From an uncultured Candidatus Saccharibacteria bacterium (GTDB lineage Bacteria; Patescibacteriota; Minisyncoccia; Phycocordibacterales; DATDWN01), in the NCBI GenBank assembly GCA_964551495.1, contig CAZKCA010000001.1, positions 34,384 to 98,383 of the forward strand: DNA of 64,000 nt. Reading direction: 5' to 3'. A program made the position numbers and the translations under genes. This document shows positions 49,239 through 59,184 of the stretch, piece by piece (within the stretch, counting starts at the first letter, position 1; each line of letters begins with the position of its first letter). Below the pieces are notes generated by a model. It was given only the letters and a program-made list of their open reading frames with translations. It was not told the origin of the DNA and made no database searches.

Positions 49239-49768
49239 TTTAAATGTTCAGGGATTATTTCTTCTAGATTTTTAGCTTTATCTATAAAGAGAACTCCGTT
49301 TAGATGATCTGTTTCGTGTTGGAATATTTGAGCTAATAGTCCAGAAGCTCCTTTTGTGATTTTTTTACCTTTTTCATCGTAGGCTTCTATAGTAGCCTTT
49401 GTGTGTCTTTTGACTTTTCCGTATAGATATCTAACAGACAGACATCCTTCTTCTAAAAATTTAGTCTCTTTAGAGGTTTTTATTATTTTAGGATTTATAT
49501 AAATACTATCTTCTAGTGTTTCATTTGGGTTTACTTCACCTTTTGTTCCTATAAATTGATTTATTTTTCCTGATACAACAAATATAGAAAGAGAATATCC
49601 GATTTGAGGAGCAGCAATTGCTACACCATCATCTTGTGAAGCTAGGGCCTCTTTCATTTCGGCTATTATTTTTTGTATTTTTGGAGAAGTTATTTCTTTT
49701 ATTGGAACTTCTTTTGCTACCTCTCTTAATACAGGAGCATCTCTTTGAACTATCTTTTTCATAATCAA
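49235..49768 (-). CDS. def: Peptide deformylase
   Basis: GVAIAAPQIG, EGCLSV, QHETDHLNG. Confidence 0.96.
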   Translation of the reverse strand: MIMKKIVQRDAPVLREVAKEVPIKEITSPKIQKIIAEMKEALASQDDGVAIAAPQIGYSLSIFVVSGKINQFIGTKGEVNPNETLEDSIYINPKIIKTSKETKFLEEGCLSVRYLYGKVKRHTKATIEAYDEKGKKITKGASGLLAQIFQHETDHLNGVLFIDKAKNLEEIIPEHLK

Positions 49769-49778
49769 AAATACAATA

Positions 49779-51683
49779 TCACAAAAGGCTGTCTGGGTCT
49801 ATTTTCACCATTACATATGGAGGAAGGTTTTTTAATTTAGCCAACAGTTCATAATCAATCCAAGAGCCTTTTTCTAAAACAATTAATCCGTGAGTTGTAT
49901 ATTTTTTAATCGATCCTGGATTAAAAGCGTCAAAAGGTAAAACTTTGTAAGGTTTCATCTCCTCAACGATTTTATCCATTTGTTTTTTTATTGTATTTTT
50001 TTCACCTTCAAGGGTTAGTTTTACATAAGTTGCAAATGGCGGGTAATTTGCTATTTTTCTTTCCTCTTTTTCTTCTCTGTAAAATTCTATCAAATTTCCT
50101 TTTATGGCATTTTCAAAAATTTTTACATTTTTTTGACGAGTTTGGATTAAAAAATTTTTATGGGAGACGGACCGCATTGTTAATAGTATGTGAAATACTT
50201 TTTCGTTTATTCTAAAATCTGGTATAGAAAATAATGAGTCTATTGATACAACAGCAGAATTTTCTATTTTTTGGTGCAGATAGTTTAAAGCCATCTCTGT
50301 TCCCACCAAGATACTTCCAGGATCATTGTAAAAAGAATCTCTAATTTTTACTGCTTGTTTATGGGTTGTTACATGATCTTTATCCAATACGTATATAGGA
50401 GTATCAGGAAAGGTTTCTTCCAAATTTTCTACTATCTTTTCTATACCAATTCCAAGAGGATTTAATCTCCATCCTCCGCAATAAGAGCAGAGTTCATTGG
50501 CATCTCTTCTTTCTCCACAATGATGACACACAAAAAGATTTTTATTTTCACCTTTATTTAAATTTTTCTTGTATAAGACAACAGGGGAGTTACAGTTTTT
50601 ACAAGAAACTATAGTTCCACAGTCACTACATACAGTAGATGGGTAAAGACCTTTTCTGCCACAAAAAAGAAAAGTTAGCTCAGAATTTTCTCTAGCTCTT
50701 TTTAATAAATTATTCAAATCATCACTGATAATAGGAAACTCTTTCTTCTTTTGGTTTTCAGGACTCTTCATTTGTATTAGGTTACATTCGGCACTTGAAA
50801 GAGATCTGTATTTGAGAGGTGATAGTTCGTTATAAAGACCAGAATGTCCCTCGTAAAGAGTTTCAATTCTTAAAAAAGTATCCCCCAAAATCAATCTTTT
50901 GTTTGTTTTTTTGGCTATGATTTCGGCGGCATATCTTATGTCTAAAAATGGTCTGGATTGTATTTTATAACTTCTAGAACTTTCTTTTTCAAATATTATT
51001 GTATGTATATTTTCTTTTGGTATAGATAGAAATGACCCTGTTCCGATTATTAAAACAGGATGATCTTCTGTTAGGATTTTATTCCAAACGTCTATTATAT
51101 CTTTTTTAGATAAATAATTATGTAAGACGTATGTATAGTTTTCTATACCTTTTTCAAGTGATTTTTGAGCATAATTTAAATCTTCTATACTTGGGACACA
51201 CAAAAAAAGACTGTGATTTCTAGCAAACTCTTCTCTTATTAGGCTTCTATATACAGTGTATCTTTCTTCATTATCAGCTTGAAGCAGTGCTATTTCAAAA
51301 AAAGAGTTATCATCTTTTGAATCTTTTTTTGGTTCCATAATATCTTTGTTGTTTTCAAGTATTGTTTTAGGAACTAAGGCGTTTAATGCTGATCCAAAAC
51401 TGCAGGCATTATAATCTGCTATTTGTTCAACGGCTTTTATAAAATTTGAAGAAAGGATTTTTTTATTATGGGAGCTTTGTATTTTTTTTATATTATAAGA
51501 AAGAGATTTTATTTCTGTTTTTGATTCAATGACATCTTTAGTATCAGTTACAAGTCCGTAGATTGTTTTCTTGCGGACAGATATTTTCACAATTGAACCT
51601 TTTTCAATTTTTTGACTAGAAAAATAGGTAAGATTGTCTTTCGGTACCCCTTTTTGAATTGGTGCTACAGATATAATATGCAT
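49779..51683 (-). CDS. priA: Primosomal protein N' with degenerate helicase motifs
   Basis: N-terminal 3'-binding domain, four CxxC, ILVGT, PDFR..E, YPPF. Confidence 0.85.
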   Translation of the reverse strand: MHIISVAPIQKGVPKDNLTYFSSQKIEKGSIVKISVRKKTIYGLVTDTKDVIESKTEIKSLSYNIKKIQSSHNKKILSSNFIKAVEQIADYNACSFGSALNALVPKTILENNKDIMEPKKDSKDDNSFFEIALLQADNEERYTVYRSLIREEFARNHSLFLCVPSIEDLNYAQKSLEKGIENYTYVLHNYLSKKDIIDVWNKILTEDHPVLIIGTGSFLSIPKENIHTIIFEKESSRSYKIQSRPFLDIRYAAEIIAKKTNKRLILGDTFLRIETLYEGHSGLYNELSPLKYRSLSSAECNLIQMKSPENQKKKEFPIISDDLNNLLKRARENSELTFLFCGRKGLYPSTVCSDCGTIVSCKNCNSPVVLYKKNLNKGENKNLFVCHHCGERRDANELCSYCGGWRLNPLGIGIEKIVENLEETFPDTPIYVLDKDHVTTHKQAVKIRDSFYNDPGSILVGTEMALNYLHQKIENSAVVSIDSLFSIPDFRINEKVFHILLTMRSVSHKNFLIQTRQKNVKIFENAIKGNLIEFYREEKEERKIANYPPFATYVKLTLEGEKNTIKKQMDKIVEEMKPYKVLPFDAFNPGSIKKYTTHGLIVLEKGSWIDYELLAKLKNLPPYVMVKIDPDSLL

Positions 51684-51691
51684 AGAGCATA

Positions 51692-52399
51692 TTATATCAC
51701 GACTATCATTAGTGAATTTGTGTCGGAGACATATATATAATCACGGCTTTCTCCTTGTATAAATCTAGGATTTTGACCTTTGTATATTGGCATAAAGTTT
51801 TTTAAATCATCCTGATCATAAACGTCTATTGCGTAGACCCCATCTTCTGTTCCAAAAATCAACACGTCAGTCCTGTTTTTATAAAACTCAACATTTCTAA
51901 TTTCTAGCAAGGGTTTTATAACAACTATTTCTTCATTATTTTCTTTAAAAATTATTTCATTTTCTTCTGATACCCAAACAGATATCTCCTCAAGTCTAAG
52001 AGGATTTTCTTCAGTAGGTTTTTGTTTGCTTTGTATTTTTTGAATAATATCTAAATATTGGTTATCGTTTTGAGTGATTATTTGCCCAGATGGACTTTGA
52101 CTAATTAGAAATGGTTTCAAAGTTATTTCTTTTTTATTTTCTATATTTAGATTTTTTGTCCACGGGAAATAACCTTCTTTTGTAACAATGATTTCATTTT
52201 GACCATCTTTTAGTTTGGTAAAAAATGTTTTTTCAGTAGGAGTAATTAAATTTTCTCTGTTGATTATTATTTGAGATCCATCCAACGGCAATTCAATTTT
52301 AATTTCTGTTTTTTGATTTAATGTGAAATTATAAATGACGAGTAATAAAGATATAATCACTCCGCCTATAAAAATGTATTGTTTTGATTTATTACTCAT
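51692..52399 (-). CDS. Membrane-anchored PEGA-like domain protein
   Basis: Start moved to ATG 52399; N-terminal TM, VTKEGYFPWTK. Confidence 0.75.
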   Translation of the reverse strand: MSNKSKQYIFIGGVIISLLLVIYNFTLNQKTEIKIELPLDGSQIIINRENLITPTEKTFFTKLKDGQNEIIVTKEGYFPWTKNLNIENKKEITLKPFLISQSPSGQIITQNDNQYLDIIQKIQSKQKPTEENPLRLEEISVWVSEENEIIFKENNEEIVVIKPLLEIRNVEFYKNRTDVLIFGTEDGVYAIDVYDQDDLKNFMPIYKGQNPRFIQGESRDYIYVSDTNSLMIVVI

Positions 52400-52421
52400 A
52401 TCGGCTATTATATTACTACAT

Positions 52422-53435
52422 ATGGGTATTTTTTCAAAAAAACTAGGAATTGATCTTGGTACGGCTAACACTTTAGTCTTTTTGCCTGGAAGGGGAGTGG
52501 TATTAAATGAACCTTCCGTTGTGGCTGTTTCCGAAGAAGACAATAAAATAATGGCTATAGGTATAGAAGCCAAAAATATGATTGGCCGAACTCCTGAAAG
52601 TATAATTGCTTATAGACCAATGAAAGATGGGGTTATAGCAGATTATCGCGTAACCGAGGCAATGCTTAGATACTATATAGACAAAGCTTTAGGAAAATGG
52701 AATTTTATTAAGCCAGATGTTTTAGTATCTGTCCCAGCCGGAGTAACTTCAACGGAAAGGAGAGCTGTTATAGAAGCAGCAATAAGAGCGGGGGCTAAAA
52801 ATGCTTATGTAGTGAAAGAACCAATTCTTGCTGCTATTGGTGCAGGGATTCCTATTCATGAACCAGTTGGTCACATGATCGTAGACATAGGAGGTGGAAC
52901 AACCGATGTGGCCGTTATTTCTTTGGGAGGTATTGTTTCTTCTACTTCTGTAAAATGGGCTGGAAACAAAATTGATCATTCTATCGCAGATTACATAAAA
53001 AAAACTTTTAATTTGGGAATCGGGGATAAAACAGCTGAAGATATAAAAATAAAGATAGGATCAGCAATACCATTAGATGAGGAACTTGTTATTACCATAA
53101 AAGGAAGAGACTTTATCACAGGTCTACCTAGGAGTGTGGAAATAAAAACTAATGAAGTTGTAAAAGCTATTAGTCGGGACTTAAGAGAAATGATAAAAGC
53201 AATAAAAGATGTTTTGCAGGAAACCCCCCCAGAGTTAGCTTCAGATATAATAGATAAAGGTATAATAATGACTGGAGGAACAAGTCAGCTTAGAAATTTT
53301 CCAGAATTAGTTTTTAGAAGAACTGGAGTTAAGGCTCAGTTAGCCAAAGATGCATTATATTGTGTCGTCAAAGGAACAGGTATTGCTCTCAATCACTTAG
53401 ATACTTATAAAAAGAGTATTATTTCAAAGAGATAA
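52422..53435 (+). CDS. mreB: MreB/Mbl actin homolog, copy 1
   Basis: GIDLGTANT, VDIGGGTTD, TPPELASD. Confidence 0.95.
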   Translation: MGIFSKKLGIDLGTANTLVFLPGRGVVLNEPSVVAVSEEDNKIMAIGIEAKNMIGRTPESIIAYRPMKDGVIADYRVTEAMLRYYIDKALGKWNFIKPDVLVSVPAGVTSTERRAVIEAAIRAGAKNAYVVKEPILAAIGAGIPIHEPVGHMIVDIGGGTTDVAVISLGGIVSSTSVKWAGNKIDHSIADYIKKTFNLGIGDKTAEDIKIKIGSAIPLDEELVITIKGRDFITGLPRSVEIKTNEVVKAISRDLREMIKAIKDVLQETPPELASDIIDKGIIMTGGTSQLRNFPELVFRRTGVKAQLAKDALYCVVKGTGIALNHLDTYKKSIISKR

Positions 53436-53439
53436 TAAA

Positions 53440-54093
53440 ATGGTAAATAATTTATTTTTAGATCCAAATTTTTTACACCACGCATATCTTTTGATTGGAC
53501 ATAGAGAAAAAACAAAATCTTTTGTTAATGATTTTTTATCGAAGTCTTTAGGTTTAAATATTTCTTCTAGTCCAGATATTAGAATAATTTCTTCTTCAAA
53601 TTTAACTATAGATGATGTAAGACAGATCAAAATTTATGAAGAATTTAAAGATTTTGGAGGGAAAAGAAAGATTTTTATAATTGATTCAGATTTTATAACA
53701 CTAGAAGCCCAAAATGCTTTACTTAAAATTTTAGAGGAACCGACTTCTGGAACTCATTTTTTCATAATAATCCCTCAAGATACAACAATAGACACATTAA
53801 GGTCTAGGGTCCATGTTTTATATTTAAATGAAGATTTAAACCAAGAAGAACAAATTTTATCTCTAAGTCTTAAAGATAAATTGTCTTTAATAAAAAAAAT
53901 ATCAGAGGATTCTACAAATAATCCAAAACAGCAAGCTATAAATTTTTTAAATAAGATCGAAGAAGAACTTTATAAAGAGGGTTCATTAAAAAATTTTAAA
54001 AAAATTACTTTATGTCAAAATACAAGAAAATATTTGTATGACAAAGGAGCTCCTATAAAGATGATCTTAGAGTCTTTTGTGTTATCACTGTAA
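53440..54093 (+). CDS. holB: Short DNA polymerase III delta'-like protein
   Basis: HHAYLL.G, IDDVR, AQNALLKILEEP. Confidence 0.8.
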   Translation: MVNNLFLDPNFLHHAYLLIGHREKTKSFVNDFLSKSLGLNISSSPDIRIISSSNLTIDDVRQIKIYEEFKDFGGKRKIFIIDSDFITLEAQNALLKILEEPTSGTHFFIIIPQDTTIDTLRSRVHVLYLNEDLNQEEQILSLSLKDKLSLIKKISEDSTNNPKQQAINFLNKIEEELYKEGSLKNFKKITLCQNTRKYLYDKGAPIKMILESFVLSL

Positions 54094-54131
54094 TCTAGAT
54101 TTTAAAGCTATTTTGTAGTATTATACCGACT

Positions 54132-54683
54132 ATGAGTTATAATTTTTCTTCATTTAAACAAAGTATATCTGAATTAGAGGAGTGGCTTAAAAAAGAATTT
54201 GCTGTTATTAGGACAGGTAGAGCAAACATATCTGTTCTTGATGGTGTTTTAGTTGAAATGTATGGAAGTAGAATGCCTATAAACCAATTAGCTACTATTT
54301 CTACAGAAGATGTTAGGGTTATCAGAGTTGTTCCTTGGGATAAATCTTCTGGAAAAGAGATAGAAAAAGCCATCACTATGGCAAATCTTGGTTTATCTGT
54401 AACAGTTGATGACAAAGGTCTTAGAATTATCTTTCCTGAGCTAACTTCAGACAGAAGAGTATTTTTTGTAAAAATGGCAAAACAAAAATTAGAAGATGCC
54501 AAAGTTACACTAAGAAATGAGAGAGAGAAAGTTATAAAAGATATAGATAATAAACAAAAAGAAGGTCAAATTTCTGAAGATGATAAGTTTAGGTTAAAAA
54601 ATGATTTACAAAAAATAGTGGATGAGGCAGGTAAAAATCTAGAAGCTATTTTTGTTAAAAAAGAGAAGGAAATATTGGAATAG
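54132..54683 (+). CDS. frr: Ribosome recycling factor
   Basis: IRTGRA, PELT.DRR, KEKEIL. Confidence 0.95.
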   Translation: MSYNFSSFKQSISELEEWLKKEFAVIRTGRANISVLDGVLVEMYGSRMPINQLATISTEDVRVIRVVPWDKSSGKEIEKAITMANLGLSVTVDDKGLRIIFPELTSDRRVFFVKMAKQKLEDAKVTLRNEREKVIKDIDNKQKEGQISEDDKFRLKNDLQKIVDEAGKNLEAIFVKKEKEILE

Positions 54684-54687
54684 ATTT

Positions 54688-55785
54688 ATGACAGTTTTAA
54701 TTTTTATACTTGTTTTGGCTGCTTTAATATTTGTCCATGAATTGGGGCATTTTTTGGTTGCCAAAAAATCAGGAATAAAAGTTTCAGAATTTGGTCTAGG
54801 TCTTCCTCCAAAATTATGGGGAAAGAAGGTTGGAGAAACCTTATACTCTATAAACGCTATACCTTTCGGCGGATTTGTAAAAATTTTTGGAGAAGATCCT
54901 CATATAGAAAATATTTCTCCTGAGGAAAAAAATAGTAGTTTTTATTACAAGCCAAAGTGGATACAAGCAGCTGTGTTGTCTGCTGGTGTTATTTTCAATA
55001 TTATTTTTGCCTGGTTACTTTTATCTTTTGGTTTTGTACTAGGGTTTTCTGCGCCAGCAAATTATCTTTCTTATGCAGAAGTCCAAAATCCTGAGGTGGT
55101 TGTATTACAAGCATTAGATGGATTTCCAGCCAAAGACGCTGGTCTTAAATCAGGGGATACGATTTTGTTTGTTAGTAGTGGTGATAAATCATTGCAAGGC
55201 GAGGAACTTACTCCAGACAATATTTCTAATTTAATAGGCAATTCTAAATCTAACGAGAACATAGAGTTATTAATAAAAAGAGGAGAAGATAGACGGTCTG
55301 TCATAATAGAACCAGTTTCAAATGAACAAGGTCAAAGAATGATAGGTATTTCAATGGATATGGTTGGTATAATAAAATTACCAATTCATTTAGCTTTATA
55401 TGAAGGAGCTAGAGCAACAATTCTTTTAACTTATCAGACTACAATAGGTTTAGCGACTTTTCTTTGGAATATAGTAACTTTTAATTCTGATTTTTCTCAA
55501 GTGTCTGGTCCTGTAGGGGTAGCTTCTATGGTAGGTGAAGCTTCTACTTTAGGATTTGTTTTTCTTCTCTCTTTTGTAGCCCTTATTTCTATAAACTTGG
55601 CGGTAATAAATTTGGTACCTTTTCCGGCTCTAGATGGAGGAAGGCTTTTATTTGTCCTTGTGGAAAGCATAATCAGGCGACCTTTGCCAGGATCTTTTGT
55701 TAGATGGACAAATGGTTTAGGTTTTTTACTGTTACTGATTTTGATGTTTACTATAACAATTAAAGATGTTTTGAAACTATTTTAA
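54688..55785 (+). CDS. rseP: RIP metalloprotease RseP with PDZ domain
   Basis: HELGH, PFGGFV, NLVPFPALDGG. Confidence 0.93.
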   Translation: MTVLIFILVLAALIFVHELGHFLVAKKSGIKVSEFGLGLPPKLWGKKVGETLYSINAIPFGGFVKIFGEDPHIENISPEEKNSSFYYKPKWIQAAVLSAGVIFNIIFAWLLLSFGFVLGFSAPANYLSYAEVQNPEVVVLQALDGFPAKDAGLKSGDTILFVSSGDKSLQGEELTPDNISNLIGNSKSNENIELLIKRGEDRRSVIIEPVSNEQGQRMIGISMDMVGIIKLPIHLALYEGARATILLTYQTTIGLATFLWNIVTFNSDFSQVSGPVGVASMVGEASTLGFVFLLSFVALISINLAVINLVPFPALDGGRLLFVLVESIIRRPLPGSFVRWTNGLGFLLLLILMFTITIKDVLKLF

Positions 55786-55803
55786 ATCTGATAATATAAA
55801 AGA

Positions 55804-57051
55804 ATGAAACAATCTCAATTATTTACTAAAACAAGAAAAGAAGCCCCAGCAGATGAGGTTTCTAAAAACGCCGAGCTTTTAATAAGAGGGGGTTTTGTTC
55901 AAAAAGAAATGGCTGGAGTTTACGATTACCTCCCTTTGGGCCTTAGGGTGTTAAAAAAAATAGAAAATATTATTCGGGAAGAAATAAATAATATTGGAGG
56001 CCAAGAAATTCTAATGACTTCTCTTCAAGACAAAGAGTCTTGGGAAAAAACCGGAAGATGGGATGATAATGTTGTTGATGTATGGTTTAAAACAAAATTA
56101 AAAAATGGTGGAGAGTTAGGTTTAGCAAATACTCACGAAGAAGCAATTTCAAAAATAGCTAGTCAGTATGTAAGATCGTATAAAGATCTACCTTTTTATG
56201 CTTACCAGTTTCAAACTAAATTTAGAAATGAGATTAGGGCTAAAAGTGGAATAATGAGGACTAGGGAATTTATAATGAAAGATTTGTATTCTTTTCATAC
56301 AAGCGAGGAAGATCTAAATAGTTTTTATGAAAAAGCAGCTTTGGCATATCAGAAAATTTTTGAAAGAGTTGGCCTAGGAAAAATAACATACAAAACTTTT
56401 GCATCAGGAGGAGTTTTTTCAAAATATAGTCACGAATTTCAAACAGTTTGTGATGCAGGTGAAGATATTATTTATGTAGACGAATCAAAAAATATCGCTA
56501 TAAATAAAGAGGTTTTAGTCGACGATGTTTTAAATGATTTATCTATAAATAAAAATGATTTAGTTGAAAAGAAATCGATAGAAGTTGGTAATATATTTAA
56601 ACTTGGAACAAGATTTTCGGAACCTTTGGAATTAAATTTTACAGATGAAAGTGGAAACAAAAAACCTGTGGTTATGGGAAGTTATGGTATAGGCCCAGGT
56701 AGAGTTATGGGGGCTATAGTTGAAACATTTAGTGATGAAAAAGGTATTGTCTGGCCGAAAGAAATTAGTCCTTTTGATGTTCATTTGGTTGTGGTGGGAA
56801 ACTCAGAAGAAACTATAAATTTTTCAAATAAATTATATGAAGATTTAAAATCTGCCAAAGTGGAGGTTTTATACGATGATAGAGATTTGAGGGCAGGAGA
56901 GAAGTTTGCCGACTCAGATCTTATTGGCATTCCTATTAGGTGTGTGGTTTCAGATAAAACAGTTAAAGAAGATAAGGTAGAAATAAAATATAGAACAGAA
57001 GATAAAACAGAGCTTGTATCAGTAGTAGATTTGTTGAATATTTTGAAATAA
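55804..57051 (+). CDS. proS: Proline--tRNA ligase (short form, no editing insertion)
   Basis: QTKFRNE.RAKSG..R.REF.MKD.YS, GSYGIG. Confidence 0.95.
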   Translation: MKQSQLFTKTRKEAPADEVSKNAELLIRGGFVQKEMAGVYDYLPLGLRVLKKIENIIREEINNIGGQEILMTSLQDKESWEKTGRWDDNVVDVWFKTKLKNGGELGLANTHEEAISKIASQYVRSYKDLPFYAYQFQTKFRNEIRAKSGIMRTREFIMKDLYSFHTSEEDLNSFYEKAALAYQKIFERVGLGKITYKTFASGGVFSKYSHEFQTVCDAGEDIIYVDESKNIAINKEVLVDDVLNDLSINKNDLVEKKSIEVGNIFKLGTRFSEPLELNFTDESGNKKPVVMGSYGIGPGRVMGAIVETFSDEKGIVWPKEISPFDVHLVVVGNSEETINFSNKLYEDLKSAKVEVLYDDRDLRAGEKFADSDLIGIPIRCVVSDKTVKEDKVEIKYRTEDKTELVSVVDLLNILK

Positions 57052-57100
57052 AATAGCTAAAAAACAGGTTATTTTGCTCAAAAAGTTTTTTTAGGATAAG

Positions 57101-58171
57101 ATGTCTGTAATGGTTGCAAATCTAGAACAATTTAAGAAATTTCTTTCAAACGATATAGGTATTGATCTTGGTACTGCCAATACTTTAGTCTATGTTAGAG
57201 GTAAAGGAATTATAATAAACGAACCATCTGTTGTTGCAATAAATCAAAAGACCGGCCAGGTAGTGGCTGTTGGAACTGATGCAAAAAATATGCTAGGCAG
57301 AACACCTGGGCATATTATCGCTGTTAGGCCTTTGGTGGATGGAGTTATTTCAGACTTTGAGGTTACAGAAGAAATGATGACTTATCTTCTGAGGAAAGCT
57401 GAAAAAGATAATAAAAAATTAATGGGCCCTAGGGTTGTTGTGGGTGTTCCTTCTGGTATTACAAATGTTGAGATAAGAGCTGTTAGAGACGCCACAAAAA
57501 ACGCTGGAGCATCAGAAGTATTTATTGTTGAGGAACCAATGGCTGGAGCCATAGGAATAAGATTACCGGTTTTGGATCCGGTTGGTAATATGGTTATAGA
57601 TATAGGTGGAGGGACATCTGATATTGCTGTTATATCTTTAGGTGGATTAGTTAGGTCCAAAAATTTAAGAATTGCTGGTGATAAACTTAATCAAGATATT
57701 ATTTCTTATATAAGAAGTGAATTTAAAATTTTGATAGGTGAAAAAACTGCAGAAAATATAAAAATATCTATAGGTGCCATTTTAAGTGGAGCTACTCCTT
57801 TAGAAGCATCTATAAAAGGTAGAGATTTGATTTCTGGTTTACCTAGAGAAGTTATTGTAACCGATGCTGATATTAGAGAAGCTATTTCTCAGTCTATAGA
57901 CATATTGGTTGAATCAACAAAAGAAGTACTAGAAACAACTCCACCAGAAGTTTTGTCAGATGTTATGCAAAGAGGTATTCATTTAATCGGTGGAGGAGCT
58001 TTGATCAAAGGTTTACCTGAACTTATTTCTGAATACACAAAGATTCCTACTCACGTAGCTCAAGATCCTTTAACTGCAGTTTGTCGAGGAACTGGTATGA
58101 TAATAGAAAATTTAGAGACCTACAAAGATGTTTTAATTGATAAGGAAGATGAATTACCACCTAAAAAGTAA
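57101..58171 (+). CDS. mreB: MreB, copy 2 (in mreBCD-pbp2 operon)
   Basis: GIDLGTANT, IDIGGGTSD; followed by mreC. Confidence 0.95.
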   Translation: MSVMVANLEQFKKFLSNDIGIDLGTANTLVYVRGKGIIINEPSVVAINQKTGQVVAVGTDAKNMLGRTPGHIIAVRPLVDGVISDFEVTEEMMTYLLRKAEKDNKKLMGPRVVVGVPSGITNVEIRAVRDATKNAGASEVFIVEEPMAGAIGIRLPVLDPVGNMVIDIGGGTSDIAVISLGGLVRSKNLRIAGDKLNQDIISYIRSEFKILIGEKTAENIKISIGAILSGATPLEASIKGRDLISGLPREVIVTDADIREAISQSIDILVESTKEVLETTPPEVLSDVMQRGIHLIGGGALIKGLPELISEYTKIPTHVAQDPLTAVCRGTGMIIENLETYKDVLIDKEDELPPKK

Positions 58172-58940
58172 AAAAAATAATAACTTTAAGAAAATACTTA
58201 TAATAGGAATTTTGGTTTTACTTGTTTTTTTAATATACAAAATAACTTTTCCATTCTTTAGATCTTTTGCTCATACTACAGCTGTTCCCGTCTGGACTTT
58301 TAGAGATTATGTTGCCAATTCTTTTGCTTCTATTGGTAATATATTTGAATCAAAAGATAGCTTGATAATAGAAAATGAAGTGCTAAAAGAGGAGATCAAG
58401 GGTCTTAAGTTAAAACAAATGGAATATGAGGTTTTAGTTAAAGAAAATTCAGAGTTAAAAGCCTTGTTTGGTAGGGATAATTTAAAAAACAAAATAATAA
58501 CAAAAATTGTTTCTAAGCCGCCTCGTTCTCCATACGATACTTTGATAATAGATACTGGAAGCAGAGATGGTGTTAAAAAAGATTCTCTAGTTTATATATC
58601 CAACAACGTGGTTGTTGGTAAAGTTTCTGACGTTTTAGAGAATACCTCTGTTGTTACACTTTTTTCTACTGGTGGCTACAAACAGGAGTCTATGTTAGAG
58701 AGAACCGGAGCAGTATTTGAATTAATAGGAAAAGGTAATGCAAACTTATCAATTGAATTGCCCAAAGACACTGATATTGTATGGGGAGATGTTTTTCTTT
58801 ATCCTTCCGTTGATTCGTCTATAATTGGCAATGTTTATTATATAGATACCAATTCTCAAAGTGCCTTCAAAACAGTTTTTATTAGAGTTCCAGGGAATGT
58901 TTTTGAGTCAAAATGGTTGTTTGTTGAAATCAATGAATAA
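58149..58940 (+). CDS. mreC: Rod shape-determining protein MreC
   Basis: TM, coiled coil (EN..LK), LIID.G..DGV; operon position. Confidence 0.85.
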   Translation: MNYHLKSKKNNNFKKILIIGILVLLVFLIYKITFPFFRSFAHTTAVPVWTFRDYVANSFASIGNIFESKDSLIIENEVLKEEIKGLKLKQMEYEVLVKENSELKALFGRDNLKNKIITKIVSKPPRSPYDTLIIDTGSRDGVKKDSLVYISNNVVVGKVSDVLENTSVVTLFSTGGYKQESMLERTGAVFELIGKGNANLSIELPKDTDIVWGDVFLYPSVDSSIIGNVYYIDTNSQSAFKTVFIRVPGNVFESKWLFVEINE

Positions 58941-59184
58941 TATATATTTTAGAATAATTTTGTTTTTTGTTGTTTGGCTGTTTTTTCTAATTTTACCTTG
59001 GTGGTTAAATATTATCATTCTGGTGTTTTTAACTTTGTATCTCAGCAATTATTTTGAAGTATTATTTTTTGGCTCTCTTTTTGATATAATTTATTTCGGT
59101 GGAGAATATGCTTACTACGGGTTATTTATTTCATTAATATTTTTAGGAGTAGTTAGTTTATTGAAGCCGTATTTTAGAAATTAA
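58933..59184 (+). CDS. Small MreD-like membrane protein
   Basis: Highly hydrophobic, G.LFDI; lies between mreC and pbp2. Confidence 0.55.
   Translation: MNNIYFRIILFFVVWLFFLILPWWLNIIILVFLTLYLSNYFEVLFFGSLFDIIYFGGEYAYYGLFISLIFLGVVSLLKPYFRN

Noticed and set aside
52422-58171. Two mreB genes
   Set aside because: MreB/Mbl paralogs are ordinary.
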